Positions 29,089 through 42,857 of a DNA stretch of 64,000 bases are shown here, piece by piece (positions within the stretch are counted from its first letter, which is position 1; each line of letters opens with the position of its first letter). Source of the stretch: an uncultured Actinomycetes bacterium (lineage in GTDB: Bacteria > Actinomycetota > Thermoleophilia > UBA2241); the NCBI GenBank assembly GCA_963755025.1, contig CAVWIH010000036.1:1-64000 (forward strand), given 5' to 3'. Both the position numbers and the translations under genes were made by a program. The notes beneath the pieces were generated by a model that worked only from the letters and a program-made list of their open reading frames with translations, searched no databases and was not told the DNA's origin.

Positions 29089-30660
29089 CTACGGTCGCGG
29101 CGGCGCCTCGTCGCCTGCGGGGGCGTCGTCGGGTGCGGCCTCGCCTGCGTCGCCCGGTGCGGATGGGCCGGCGTCGGTGTCGAGCGACGCGTTCTCGGGC
29201 TCGACAGGCGCGTCCTGCGGCTCCGTCGGCGTGCCGGCCGGCTCGGCGGGCGCGTCGTGCGGCTCGACGGCCGTCGGCGGCGCGGGCGGCAGTTCGACGC
29301 GCTCGGCTGGAGCGCTGAACGGCGAGTCGCCGAGCGAGGCGGCGTCGTCGTCGGGGGCATCGCGCTCAAAGGCGGCGGTGGTCGGCGGCGCCATGTCGAC
29401 GGCCTGGCCGGGGTCGTCGCCCAGCAGGTTGCGCTCGACCTCTTCGGAGGCGCGGCGCAGCGCTTCGATCTCGTCGCCCGACAGCGCGCGCCAGGCGCCG
29501 ATCTTGAGGTTCTTGTCGGACAGGGGGCCGTAGCGGCGGCGATGCAGCTCTTCGACCGGCAGGCCGAGAGCGGCCAGCATGCGGCGCACCTGGTGCTTGC
29601 GACCCTCGTGGATGGTGAGCTCGAGCAGCGTGGTCTTGTTGCTCTGCTTCTCGATGCGCGCCTCAGCGGGAGCGGTGCGGCCGTCTTCGAGCTCGATACC
29701 GGCCCGCAGCTCGGCGAGCGCGCGCTTGCTGGCGTGACCCTTGACGCGCGCGCTGTAGGTCTTGGTGACGCCGTAGCGCGGGTGCATGAGCCGGTTGGCG
29801 AGCACGCCGTCGTTGGTGAGGATGATCAGGCCCGTCGTCTCGACGTCGAGCCTGCCCACCGGAAAGAGGATGCGCCCGTCGGGCACCAGGTCGACCAGCA
29901 CCCGCTCGGCGTGCGGGTCGCGGCGCGTCGAGGCCACGCCGCGGGGCTTGTTGATCAGCAGGTAGCGGTACTCGCGCGGCGTCACGACCTCGCCCTCGAG
30001 GGCGACCTCGGCCTTCTCCCCCACCTTCTCGCGTGGGAACGTGACCACCGTTCCGTCGATCGTCACCTTGCCGTCGCGGACGAGCTCGTCGCAGCGCCGC
30101 CGCGAGCCCACACCGCTGCGCGCCAGGTAGACGACGAGGGTCATGTCGCCGCCGCGCTCCTCGCCCCGCTCCGCGCCGCCGCGACCGCCGCCACCACGCT
30201 CTGCGCCGGTTTCGCTGCGCGCGCTCTGGTCGCCACGTCCACCGCCGGCTTCGCCACGCCCGCCGCCGTACTCGCTGCGTCCGCCGCGCGGTTCGTTGCG
30301 GCCGCCGCCGGACTCGCCACGGCCGCTCTGCTCACCACGCCCGCCGCCGCGTCCGCCACGGCCGCCGCCGCGCCCGCCGCCGCGACGTCCGCGACGAGCG
30401 GTGCGCTCGCCGGTCGCGCCGGCCTTACTGTCGGGGCGCGCGGGGCCCTGAGCGCCGGGCTCGGAAGCGGCGCCCTCGCGAGGCGCGGCCGCACCGCCCG
30501 AAAGAGACTCTTCGCCGGGCGCGGCCGGGCCACTGGGCGCAGGCCGCGTGTCGGGCGCGGGCGGCTCGCCCGGGGTGGGCCGGCGGTCGCCCGAATGAGT
30601 GGCGTCGCCCTCGGGGCTCGTGTGGCCGTCGCGCTCGACGGACTCGCCGTCGTGACTCAC
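29089..30660 (-). CDS. rluB: rRNA pseudouridine synthase (RluB/RsuA family) with long Gly/Arg-rich N- and acidic C-terminal extensions
   Basis: S4 domain LARSGVGSRR, NKPRG, VGRLDVETTGL, EGRKHQVRRM. Confidence 0.88.
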   Translation of the reverse strand: MSHDGESVERDGHTSPEGDATHSGDRRPTPGEPPAPDTRPAPSGPAAPGEESLSGGAAAPREGAASEPGAQGPARPDSKAGATGERTARRGRRGGGRGGGRGGRGGGRGEQSGRGESGGGRNEPRGGRSEYGGGRGEAGGGRGDQSARSETGAERGGGGRGGAERGEERGGDMTLVVYLARSGVGSRRRCDELVRDGKVTIDGTVVTFPREKVGEKAEVALEGEVVTPREYRYLLINKPRGVASTRRDPHAERVLVDLVPDGRILFPVGRLDVETTGLIILTNDGVLANRLMHPRYGVTKTYSARVKGHASKRALAELRAGIELEDGRTAPAEARIEKQSNKTTLLELTIHEGRKHQVRRMLAALGLPVEELHRRRYGPLSDKNLKIGAWRALSGDEIEALRRASEEVERNLLGDDPGQAVDMAPPTTAAFERDAPDDDAASLGDSPFSAPAERVELPPAPPTAVEPHDAPAEPAGTPTEPQDAPVEPENASLDTDAGPSAPGDAGEAAPDDAPAGDEAPPRP

Positions 30661-31232
30661 GGGCGTCTCCTCTCGGCGTTCGACAGCAGCCGCGCGCGCA
30701 GCTCGTCGGTCTCGGCGGCCGACAGCGCGAAGGCGTCGAGGTCGTCTAAGTCGGTGAGGCCGCGCAGGCCGAACAGCTGCAGGAACCGCGCGCTCGTGGC
30801 GTACAGGATCGGCGCCCCCGGGGTGTCGGCGCGGCCGCTCTCTTCGACCAGACCGCGTTCGACGAGCGAGGTGAGCGCCCACTCCGACGAGACGCCGCGG
30901 ACCTGGGCGACCTCGGCGCGCGTGGTGGGCTGCAGATAGGCCACCACGGCGAGTGTCTCGAGCAGCGCCGGCGAGAGGTCGTCGGGCCGCCGGGCGCCGG
31001 CGAACCGTTCGACGGCCGTTTCGCAGTCGCGCGCCACGCGCAGCGTGTAGCCGCCCGCTACCTGCGCCAGTTCGATGCCGTGACGCTCGCTCGCATACTC
31101 GGCGGCGAGGGCGGCAAGTCCCGCCTCGACCTCGACGGCGGGCTCGTCGCAGGCGGCGACCAGCTCGTCGATCGGGACGGGTCGGGGAGAGATGAAGATG
31201 ACCGCTTCGAGGCGGCGGGCGATGTCGATCAT
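30657..31232 (-). CDS. scpB: SMC-Scp complex subunit ScpB
   Basis: LEAVIF, VAGGY, LETLAVVAYLQPTTRAEV..VRGV, PILYAT..FL..FGL. Confidence 0.93.
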   Translation of the reverse strand: MIDIARRLEAVIFISPRPVPIDELVAACDEPAVEVEAGLAALAAEYASERHGIELAQVAGGYTLRVARDCETAVERFAGARRPDDLSPALLETLAVVAYLQPTTRAEVAQVRGVSSEWALTSLVERGLVEESGRADTPGAPILYATSARFLQLFGLRGLTDLDDLDAFALSAAETDELRARLLSNAERRRP

Positions 31233-31280
31233 GAGACTCGGGGCTCGGGGAGTGAAGGACGCGGGCGCTACTGGAGCATC

Positions 31281-32093
31281 CTACCCCACGGCCGCGAGCG
31301 CGTCATCAGAGCGCGCATCGCGGGGGCCGGGCGCGCCGGTGCGCGTCACCGTGATCTCGGCGAACGGCCGCGGCTGGCGCAAGCTCACTTCGCCGCTGTT
31401 GTGCAGCTCGAGCAGGGCGAAGAAGGTCACGGCCTTTTCGAGCCTGTCGCGGGGCGCCACCGCCGAGAACGTGAAGCTCTCGTCGGCGGCCAACAGGTCG
31501 CGCAAGCGGCGCAGCTCGGCGACCAGCGTGACGGCGATGTCGGTGATGTGGCTCACGTCGGGCGCCGGCGGCTCGGTGAGCAGCACGCCGAGCGCCCGCG
31601 ACAGCGCGGAGGGCGGCAGGGCCGGGCCGGCGCTCGCGGCGCGCGTGAAGCGCTGCGGCACGGGCACCGTGCGGTAGAGGCGGCCGGCGTGGTCGGCGAA
31701 CAGCTCGCCGAGGCGGCCGGCGGCGCCCTTGAAGCGGGCGAAGCGCAGCAGCGTCTCGAGCAACTCCTCGCCGGCGGCCTCTTCGTCGAGCTCGGCGAGC
31801 TCGTCGACGAACGGGCTGCCGGCGTCGAGCAGGCGCCGCGACTTGAGCTCGAGCAGCGCCGCCACCAGCACGATGAAATGCGAGGTGGCTTCGAGGTCGA
31901 ACTCTTCGGACTCGGCCAGGCGCAGGATGTACTCGGCGACGATGCGCGAGACGTGGATCTCCCAGATGTCGACCTCGTCGCGCAGGATGAGCGTGACCAG
32001 CAGGTCGAACGGGCCGTCGAAGACGTCGAGGTCGACGTGCAGCCCGTCGAGGGGTCCGCCCGGGGCCGCGGCGCGCAGCGCCGTGTCGCTCAC
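31281..32093 (-). CDS. scpA: SMC-Scp complex subunit ScpA
   Basis: FDGPFDLL, LLELKSRRLL, FFALLEL...Q..PF.EI. Confidence 0.92.
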   Translation of the reverse strand: MSDTALRAAAPGGPLDGLHVDLDVFDGPFDLLVTLILRDEVDIWEIHVSRIVAEYILRLAESEEFDLEATSHFIVLVAALLELKSRRLLDAGSPFVDELAELDEEAAGEELLETLLRFARFKGAAGRLGELFADHAGRLYRTVPVPQRFTRAASAGPALPPSALSRALGVLLTEPPAPDVSHITDIAVTLVAELRRLRDLLAADESFTFSAVAPRDRLEKAVTFFALLELHNSGEVSLRQPRPFAEITVTRTGAPGPRDARSDDALAAVG

Positions 32094-32127
32094 CGCGCCG
32101 ACCGGCCGCGGGAAGGGCGGTCGCAGG

Positions 32128-33333
32128 TCACTGGTCGGTCTGCCGCATGAACGGCGGTATGTCGAGGTCGGCGGTGTCGAAGCTCGGTGGCCGCTCGAAG
32201 GGCGTGCTCTCGGAGTCGGACGGCGGACGCCGCTCGCCCGACGCCGGGCGCTGGGCGCCGGGCGCCGTCGCCGTGGCCCGCGGCGTGGCCTCGGGGCCAA
32301 AGCCGGTGGCGATCACGGTCACGCTCATGAGGCCTTCGAGCCGTTCGTCGACGACCGCGCCGAAGATGATGTTGGCGTCGTCGTCGGCCGCCAGGGCGAT
32401 CTCGCCGGCCGCTTCGTTGACCTCGTAGAGCGACAGGTCGCTGCCGCCGGTGATGTTGAGCAGGATGCCGCGCGCCCCGCTGATGGAGGTCTCGAGGAGC
32501 GGCGAGCTGATGGCCATGCGCGCCGCTTCGTTGGCGCGCGCCTCGCCACGGCCGCTGCCGATGCCCATGAGCGCCGTGCCCGCCTCTTTCATGATGGTGC
32601 GCACGTCGGCGAAGTCGAGGTTGATGAGGCCGGGCACCGTGATCAGGTCGCAGATGCCCTGGACGCCCTGGCGCAGGATGTCGTCGGCGTAGCGGAAGGC
32701 TTCGACGATGGTGGTCGTGCGGTCGACGACCTGCAGGAGCCGGTCGTTGGGAATGACGATGACGGTGTCGACCGAGGCCCGCAGCTCGTCGATACCGGCG
32801 AGCGCCTGGGCTTCGCGCTTGCGGCCCTCGAACGAGAACGGCTTGGTGACGATGGCGACGGTGAGCGCGCCCAGCTCGCGCGCCACGGCGGCGATGACCG
32901 GCGCGGCGCCGGTGCCGGTGCCGCCTCCCTCGCCCGCGGTGACGAACACCATGTCGGCTCCCTTGAGGGCCTGCTTGATCTGGTCGCGCGATACCTCGAC
33001 CGCCTGGCGGCCGACTTCGGGGACGGCGCCGCCGCCCAGGCCGTGGGTGATCTCCTGCCCCACGTGGATCTTGACGTCGGCCTCGCAGGTCTGCAGCGAC
33101 TGCGAGTCGGTGTTGACGGCGATGAACTCGACGCCGCGGATGCCGGAATCGACCATGCGGTTGACGGCGTTCGTGCCGCCGCCGCCCACGCCCACGACCT
33201 TGATGGTGGTGACGTAGGCGCGGCCCTGCACGACGGGGTCGTCGGCTTCGGAGCCCGGAGGCCCGTCGCCGCTCACGTCGGTACGGCGAAACAGTTCGGA
33301 CAGACCGTCGCGCATGCTAGGCCGATTTGCCAT
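32128..33333 (-). CDS. ftsZ: Cell division protein FtsZ with an N-terminal extension
   Basis: [46 protein letters not shown]-terminal LDIPPFMR. Confidence 0.96.
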   Translation of the reverse strand: MANRPSMRDGLSELFRRTDVSGDGPPGSEADDPVVQGRAYVTTIKVVGVGGGGTNAVNRMVDSGIRGVEFIAVNTDSQSLQTCEADVKIHVGQEITHGLGGGAVPEVGRQAVEVSRDQIKQALKGADMVFVTAGEGGGTGTGAAPVIAAVARELGALTVAIVTKPFSFEGRKREAQALAGIDELRASVDTVIVIPNDRLLQVVDRTTTIVEAFRYADDILRQGVQGICDLITVPGLINLDFADVRTIMKEAGTALMGIGSGRGEARANEAARMAISSPLLETSISGARGILLNITGGSDLSLYEVNEAAGEIALAADDDANIIFGAVVDERLEGLMSVTVIATGFGPEATPRATATAPGAQRPASGERRPPSDSESTPFERPPSFDTADLDIPPFMRQTDQ

Positions 33334-34075
33334 TCAGCACCTCCCGAGCGAGGCTGCGGTACGCCTCGGCGCCTTTGCCCCTGGGATCGTACTTGAGCAC
33401 CGACGAACCCTGCACGGGCGCCTCGGCGAACTTGATCGTCTTGCGCACCACGGTCTTGAACACCAGAGGTCCGAAGTTCTCTTTTAAGATCTCGATGGCC
33501 TCGCGGCCGTGCAGCGTGCGCGAGTCGAAGAGCGTTGGCAGGATGCCCCTGATGCGCACCCGCGGGTTGATGTCTTCGCGGATCATCTCGAGCGTGCGCT
33601 CGAGCTGCAGCAGGCCGCGCAGCGAGAGGTACTCGCACTGCACCGGCACGATCACGCCGTCGGAGGCGGCCAGGGCGTTGATGGTGAGCAGCCCCAGCGA
33701 GGGCGGCGTGTCGATGAGGATGTAGTCGTACTTGTCCTGCATGGGCTTGAGGGCGCGCTCGAGGGCGCGCTCGCGGCCGATCTGCGTGGAGAGCGCCATC
33801 TCGGCGCCGGCCAGGTCGATCGTCGCCGCGGCCACGTCGATCTCGTTGCTCAGGATGACGTCGTCGATCGGCAACCGGTGGACGAGCACGTCGTACATGC
33901 TCTTCTCGAGGTTCTCGGGGTCGATGCCCTGGCTCATGGTCAGGTTGCCCTGCGGGTCCATGTCGACCGCCAGCACGCGCTTGCCCATCTCGACGAGCGC
34001 GACGCCGAGATTGACGGTGGAGGTCGTTTTGGCTACGCCACCTTTCTGGTTTGCGAAAGCCAGAACCTGAGCCAT
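33317..34075 (-). CDS. parA: ParA/Soj family ATPase
   Basis: [38 protein letters not shown]. Confidence 0.93.
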   Translation of the reverse strand: MAQVLAFANQKGGVAKTTSTVNLGVALVEMGKRVLAVDMDPQGNLTMSQGIDPENLEKSMYDVLVHRLPIDDVILSNEIDVAAATIDLAGAEMALSTQIGRERALERALKPMQDKYDYILIDTPPSLGLLTINALAASDGVIVPVQCEYLSLRGLLQLERTLEMIREDINPRVRIRGILPTLFDSRTLHGREAIEILKENFGPLVFKTVVRKTIKFAEAPVQGSSVLKYDPRGKGAEAYRSLAREVLNGKSA

Positions 34076-34319
34076 GGGTCATGCTCCTGTCTAGAGACCG
34101 GTTCTCGCTACCATTCTTGGCGAGCCCGATAAACCCTGCAAAGTCGAGGCTCGACGCGAGCGTGTGCCAGAGCCCGCGCGCGGCCCCCGCGAGCGCGACC
34201 CGACCGCGCTCGCATGCGGCGAGGGGCGCGACGGGAGGGCATCTGCGATGCCCTCCCGTCGCGCCCCTCCGCGAAAGCTGCCGGAGCCGCCTGCGAGGCG
34301 CCCTCGCCGCACTAAGTGC

Positions 34320-37856
<3,537 letters not shown>

Positions 37857-37863
37857 GGTGGCG

Positions 37864-37869
37864 ATTATA
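37864..37869 (-). promoter_or_regulatory. -10 box (TATAAT) 7 nt before the queH GTG: probable leaderless transcript
   Basis: TATAAT-cgccacc-GTG with no SD sequence. Confidence 0.55.
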
Positions 37870-37972
37870 GCGCCGCGACGACGGTCGGCACGCGGCCGCG
37901 CCGCGACGGCGACCGACGAGAGGCCCGGCGGTGGCGCCCCGAGGCGCCCGGACGTCGGCCCGGCAGGGCAGC

Positions 37973-39007
37973 CTACTCGAAGAGCTTGCCGGCCTTGGGC
38001 GCCGGCGGCACGTCGAAGCCGCAGTGGCGCATGCCCGACGAGGTGACGATACGGCCGCGCGGCGTGCGCTGCAGGAAGCCGCGCATGATGAGGTAGGGCT
38101 CGTAGACGTCCATCAGGGTATCGGACTCCTCGCCCAGCGCCACCGCCAGGGTGTCGAGGCCCACCGGCCCGCCGTCGAACTTCTGCACGATGGTCAGCAG
38201 GATGTCGCGGTCGAGCTTGTCGAGCCCTTCGTGGTCGACCTGGAACAGGTCGAGGGCGGCCAGGCAGATGTCGAGGGTGACGATGCCTTCGTGGCGCACC
38301 TCGGCGAAGTCGCGCACGCGGCGCAGCAGGCGGTTGACCACGCGCGGCGTGCCGCGCGCCCGGGCGGCCAGCTGGGCCGCCGATTCGTCGTCGATCGTGA
38401 CGCCCAGGATGCCGGCCGAGCGGCGCACGATCGCGGCGAGCTCGTCTTCGGCGTAGTACTCGAGGCGCTGCCACACGCCGAAGCGGTCGCGCAGCGGTGT
38501 GGTGAGCAGGCCGGTGCGCGTGGTGGCGCCGATCAGCGTGAACGGCGGCACCGACAGCCTGATGCTGCGCGCCGCGGGGCCCTCGCCGATCATGATGTCG
38601 ATCTCGTAGTCTTCCATCGCGGGGTAGAGCACCTCTTCGATGGACGAGTTCAGGCGGTGGATCTCGTCGACGAAGAGCACGTCGCCCTCTTGCAGGTTGG
38701 TGAGGATGCCGGCGACGTCGACCTTGCGTTCGAGGGCGGGGCCCGAGGTGGTGTGTACGCTGACCTGCATCTCGGTGGCGATGATGCCGGCGAGGGTGGT
38801 CTTGCCCAGGCCCGGAGGGCCGGCCAGCAGCACGTGGTCGAGGGTCTCGCCGCGGTTGCGCGCCGCCTGCACGAAGATCTCGAGCTGCTCTTTGACGCTG
38901 GTCTGGCCCACGAAGTCGGCGAAGCACTTGGGGCGCAGCGACTTGTCGAAGTCGCGCTCTTCGGGTAGTTCTCCGGGGTCGGCGATGCGGCGCGTGTCGT
39001 CGGTCAC
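37973..39007 (-). CDS. ruvB: Holliday junction helicase RuvB
   Basis: [39 protein letters not shown]. Confidence 0.97.
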   Translation of the reverse strand: MTDDTRRIADPGELPEERDFDKSLRPKCFADFVGQTSVKEQLEIFVQAARNRGETLDHVLLAGPPGLGKTTLAGIIATEMQVSVHTTSGPALERKVDVAGILTNLQEGDVLFVDEIHRLNSSIEEVLYPAMEDYEIDIMIGEGPAARSIRLSVPPFTLIGATTRTGLLTTPLRDRFGVWQRLEYYAEDELAAIVRRSAGILGVTIDDESAAQLAARARGTPRVVNRLLRRVRDFAEVRHEGIVTLDICLAALDLFQVDHEGLDKLDRDILLTIVQKFDGGPVGLDTLAVALGEESDTLMDVYEPYLIMRGFLQRTPRGRIVTSSGMRHCGFDVPPAPKAGKLFE

Positions 39008-39011
39008 GGCG

Positions 39012-39611
39012 TCAGGCCGGCGCTTTCTTGGTGAGGGCGTAGCGCACGAGCTCTTCGAGCGAGGCGTCGTCGGGGGCGCCCTGCAGGGCGGCCTCGGCGT
39101 CGCGCAGCGGCAGGCCCAGGTTCTGCAGCGCGACCCGCGCCTGCAGGAAGGGGTTGGGGCCGGCGACGACGGCGCCCTCGGGCGAGGCCGGCGCGGTGTC
39201 GAGCGCCACCCCGACCTTGTCTTTGAGCTCGAGCACGAGGCGCTGGGCGAGCTTGTTGCCGATGCCGCTGATGGATTCGAAGCGTTTGTGGTCGCCGCGC
39301 ACCACGGCCGTCTCCAGGTCGGCCACCGAATAGGCCGAGAGGATGGCCAAAGCCACCTTGGGACCCACGCCGTTCACGCCGATGAGGGTGACGAAGAAGC
39401 GCCGCTCACGCGGGCTCTCGAAGCCGAAGAGCTGCAGGGCGTCGTCGCGCACGTGCAGGTAGGTATGCACCAGGACTTCGTCGCCCACGCGGCGCGACAG
39501 GGCCGCCGCCAGGCGGCCGGGCACGAGCAGGCCGTAGCCCAGGCCGCCGGCCTCGATGACGACCTTCTCGGCGTCGGCGTCGGTGACCCGGCCGCGCACG
39601 GAGACGATCAT
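39012..39611 (-). CDS. ruvA: Holliday junction binding protein RuvA
   Basis: [34 protein letters not shown]. Confidence 0.95.
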   Translation of the reverse strand: MIVSVRGRVTDADAEKVVIEAGGLGYGLLVPGRLAAALSRRVGDEVLVHTYLHVRDDALQLFGFESPRERRFFVTLIGVNGVGPKVALAILSAYSVADLETAVVRGDHKRFESISGIGNKLAQRLVLELKDKVGVALDTAPASPEGAVVAGPNPFLQARVALQNLGLPLRDAEAALQGAPDDASLEELVRYALTKKAPA

Positions 39612-39669
39612 GCGAGCCCCGCTTGCAGCGGGCTGGACGCGGCTGTCGGCCTGACGCGCACGAACGGCA

Positions 39670-40164
39670 TCAGGTGGCGCGCAGGGTGCGCAACAGCGCG
39701 TTCGTGTGGACGTGCGTGATGGCCACGGCGAGGGCGTCGGAGGCGTGGTCGGGCTGCACGATCTTGGGCAGCGCCAGCAGCACCTTGGTCATCTCCTGCA
39801 CCTGCACCTTGTTGGCCCTGCCGTAGCCGGTGACGGCCTGCTTGACCGCCAGCGGCGTGTAGTCGACGCAGGGCAGGTCGCGCTCGCCGGCCGCCAGGAT
39901 GATGGCGCCGCGGGCGTGGCCCACAGCCAGCGCGGTCTTGACGTTGACGTTGACGAAGAGCTCTTCGAGCGCCACGACCGCCGGGTGAAAGCGGTCGATC
40001 AGGCTGAGGATCTGGTCGTGGATCTGGCGCAGCCGCTGCGGCGTCTCGGTGCGCGCCGAGGTGACGATGCAGCCGTGGCCCAGCGAGCGGATCTTGTTGC
40101 CCTGCTGCTCGATCACGCCCCAACCGGTGCTCGCCGTGCCGGGGTCGATCCCCAGGACGACCAT
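39670..40164 (-). CDS. ruvC: Holliday junction resolvase RuvC
   Basis: LGIDPG, LEELF, ARG, YTP..VK.AVTGYG.A.K, DHASDALAVA. Confidence 0.95.
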   Translation of the reverse strand: MVVLGIDPGTASTGWGVIEQQGNKIRSLGHGCIVTSARTETPQRLRQIHDQILSLIDRFHPAVVALEELFVNVNVKTALAVGHARGAIILAAGERDLPCVDYTPLAVKQAVTGYGRANKVQVQEMTKVLLALPKIVQPDHASDALAVAITHVHTNALLRTLRAT

Positions 40165-40282
40165 GACTGATGCGTCGTGTCGCTGCTCTCGCATGACCAC
40201 TCCCCTTGGGCTCCGGTCGCCGCCCACGGCCCGGCGCCCAGGCGAGGCGCCAGCCGTGCAGTTCTCGCGCAGTTCGTGTGGG

Positions 40283-41032
40283 CTACCCGGCGACGGCCTC
40301 GAGGACCTCGTCGGAGATATCGAAGTTGGCGTAGACCTCTTGCACGTCGTCGCTGCTCTCGAGCGCGTCGATGAGCCTGAGGGTCTTGCGGGCGTCGGAT
40401 TCGTCTAGCTTGACCGTGGTCTTGGGGATCATGGTGAGCTCGGCCTGCTCGCACTCGATGCCCGCGGCTTCGAGCGCCTGGCGCACGGCGGTGAGGGCCG
40501 CAGGCTCGGTGACGACCTCGATGGTCTGGCCGTCGACGGTGACGTCGTCGGCGCCGCCTTCGATGGCGGCCTCCATGACGGCGTCTTCGCCGAAGCGCGT
40601 GGCGTCGACCGTGAGCGAGCCGCGGCGCTCGAAGATCCAGGCGACCGCGCCCGGACCGCCGAGGCTGCCGTTGTGCTTGGCGAAGATGTTGCGCACGTCG
40701 GCCGCCGAGCGGTTCTTGTTGTCGGTGAGCACCTCGACGATGACGGCTACGCCGTTCGGGCCGTAGCCCTCGTAGAGGATGGCTTCGAAGTTGGCGCCGC
40801 CCTCTTTGCCGGCGCCGCGTTCGATGGCGCGGTCGATGTTGTCTTTGGGCATGCTGTACGAGCGCGCCTTTTCGACGGCGGCTGCGAGCGCGGCGTTGGC
40901 CGCGGGGTCGGCGCCGCCCTCTTTGGCGGCCACCATGATGGCGCGGGCCAGCTTGGAGAAGAGCTGGCCCCGCTTGGCATCTGCGGCGCCCTTCTTATGC
41001 TTGATCGTCGACCACTTGGAATGCCCAGACAC
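40283..41032 (-). CDS. yebC: YebC/PmpR family protein
   Basis: MSGHSKWSTIKHKK, YEGYGPNG, DDVQEVYAN. Confidence 0.96.
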   Translation of the reverse strand: MSGHSKWSTIKHKKGAADAKRGQLFSKLARAIMVAAKEGGADPAANAALAAAVEKARSYSMPKDNIDRAIERGAGKEGGANFEAILYEGYGPNGVAVIVEVLTDNKNRSAADVRNIFAKHNGSLGGPGAVAWIFERRGSLTVDATRFGEDAVMEAAIEGGADDVTVDGQTIEVVTEPAALTAVRQALEAAGIECEQAELTMIPKTTVKLDESDARKTLRLIDALESSDDVQEVYANFDISDEVLEAVAG

Positions 41033-41742
41033 TACGAGACCACCTCCTCGGCCGGCGCCACGGCGCGTACGCCGGTCGCCCCCGCTTCGTTGCGTGCGGC
41101 GCGCACCACGGAGAGGAACGCGTCATGCATCCTTGTATCACCGGTCAGCTCTGGGTGAAAGGCCGTGACCAGCACCCGGCCTTCGCGCGCGGCCACGGCG
41201 TGCCCCTGGTGGGTAGCCAGGACCTCGACGTCGGGGCCGGCGCGCTCGATCCACGGCGCGCGTATGAAGACAGCGCGCAGCGGCGGCGCCCCGAACAGCG
41301 GGACGTCGAGGTCGGCCTCGAAGCTGTGCACCTGACGGCCGAAGGCGTTGCGCCGCGCCACGATGTCGATGAGGCCGAGCACCGGCTGATCGCCCTCGGC
41401 GATCTCGCGGGCCACCACGATGAGCCCCGCGCAGGTGCCGTAGATCGGCATGCCGCCCTGGGCGCGCGCCTTGATGGGCGCGATCAGGCCGAAGTGGTTC
41501 ATGAGCTTGCCGATCGTGGTGCTCTCGCCGCCGGGTATGACGAGCGCCTCGATGCCGTCGAGGTCGGCCGGCAGGCGCACCTCGGTGGTCGCCGCGCCCA
41601 GGCCTTCGAGCACGGCGCGGTGCTCGCGAAAGTCGCCCTGCAGGGCGAGCACGCCCACCCGCGGCGCCGCGGCCGCAGCGGCCGCGGGCCGGCGAAAGTC
41701 GGGCGACAGAATGGCGTCGCGACGCCGCACCACGCCGCTCAC
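41032..41742 (-). CDS. pdxT: PLP synthase glutaminase subunit
   Basis: GVLALQGDFREH, PGGESTT, GTCAG, RNAFGRQ, FIRAP, FHPEL. Confidence 0.95.
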   Translation of the reverse strand: MSGVVRRRDAILSPDFRRPAAAAAAAPRVGVLALQGDFREHRAVLEGLGAATTEVRLPADLDGIEALVIPGGESTTIGKLMNHFGLIAPIKARAQGGMPIYGTCAGLIVVAREIAEGDQPVLGLIDIVARRNAFGRQVHSFEADLDVPLFGAPPLRAVFIRAPWIERAGPDVEVLATHQGHAVAAREGRVLVTAFHPELTGDTRMHDAFLSVVRAARNEAGATGVRAVAPAEEVVS

Positions 41743-41785
41743 GCCGCCGCCCGCAGGTACCCGGCCGCCGTGTGAGAAGACGCCG

Positions 41786-42670
41786 TCAACCGCGGTACTG
41801 GATCTTCTGCTCGGCCGTCATCTTGGCCGCCTCGATGCCTTCCATGGCGTCGCCCAGGCCGACCGACACCTCGGCGAGCACCGCGGGGTCGTTGTAGTTG
41901 GTCGTGGCCCGCACGATGGCCACCGCGCGGCTCGCCGGGTCGGCGCTCTTGAAGATGCCCGAACCCACGAACACGCCCTCGGCGCCGAGCTGCATCATGA
42001 GCGCGGCGTCGGCCGGCGTGGCGATGCCGCCCGCCGAGAAGTTGACGACCGGCAGCTTGCCGTTCTCGGCCACCCAGCGCACCAGCGAGAAGGGCGCGCG
42101 CAGGTCTTTGGCGGCGGCGTTGTAGAGCTCGTCTTCGTCCATGGCGGTGAGGGCGCGGATCTGGCCCGTGATGGTGCGCATGTGGCGCACGGCTTCGACG
42201 ACGTCGCCGGTGCCGGCCTCGCCCTTGGTGCGGATCATGGCGGCGCCCTCGCTCACCCGGCGCAGCGCCTGGCCCAGGTCGATGGCGCCGCACACGAAGG
42301 GCACCGTGAACTTGAACTTGTCGATGTGATGAGCTTCGTCGGCGGGCGTGAGGACTTCGGATTCGTCGATGTAGTCGACTTCGAGCGCCTCGAGGATCTG
42401 CGCCTCGACGAAGTGGCCGATACGCGCTTTGGCCATGACCGGGATGCTGACTGCTTCCTGGATCTCTTTGATCTTGAGGGGATCGGCCATGCGCGCCACG
42501 CCGCCGTCGCGGCGGATGTCGGCGGGCACGCGCTCGAGGGCCATGACGGCGCACGCGCCGGCTTCTTCGGCGATCCGGGCCTGCTCGGCGTTGGTGACGT
42601 CCATGATGACGCCGCCCTTGAGCATGTCGGCGAGTCCGCTCTTTACACGCATCGTCCCGATGTCGCTCAC
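41786..42670 (-). CDS. pdxS: PLP synthase lyase subunit
   Basis: [40 protein letters not shown]. Confidence 0.97.
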   Translation of the reverse strand: MSDIGTMRVKSGLADMLKGGVIMDVTNAEQARIAEEAGACAVMALERVPADIRRDGGVARMADPLKIKEIQEAVSIPVMAKARIGHFVEAQILEALEVDYIDESEVLTPADEAHHIDKFKFTVPFVCGAIDLGQALRRVSEGAAMIRTKGEAGTGDVVEAVRHMRTITGQIRALTAMDEDELYNAAAKDLRAPFSLVRWVAENGKLPVVNFSAGGIATPADAALMMQLGAEGVFVGSGIFKSADPASRAVAIVRATTNYNDPAVLAEVSVGLGDAMEGIEAAKMTAEQKIQYRG

Positions 42671-42808
42671 GGGATACCTCCGTTGTCTTGCTGGAACGTT
42701 GATTCTATCGCAGGCTCGAGACGGCTTCCAACGGTCGCTCGTCTCTAAAGTACCCGCAAATCGCGGCAAACCGGCAGAGCTCGGGGAGCCGTGAACTTTG
42801 GTCGGGAC

Positions 42809-42848
42809 AAAAAAACCGGCGGCGGGCCCGCTGAGGGGCCCGCCGCCG
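42809..42848 (-). terminator. Intrinsic terminator after the EF-G-like gene
   Basis: 13-bp GC stem followed by T7 on the minus strand. Confidence 0.85.
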
Positions 42849-42857
42849 CCCTGCCGC

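Noticed and set aside
42735-42790. CTCTAAA heptamer upstream of pdxS as a tRNA-Pyl anticodon loop
   Set aside because: No flanking anticodon stem or cloverleaf.
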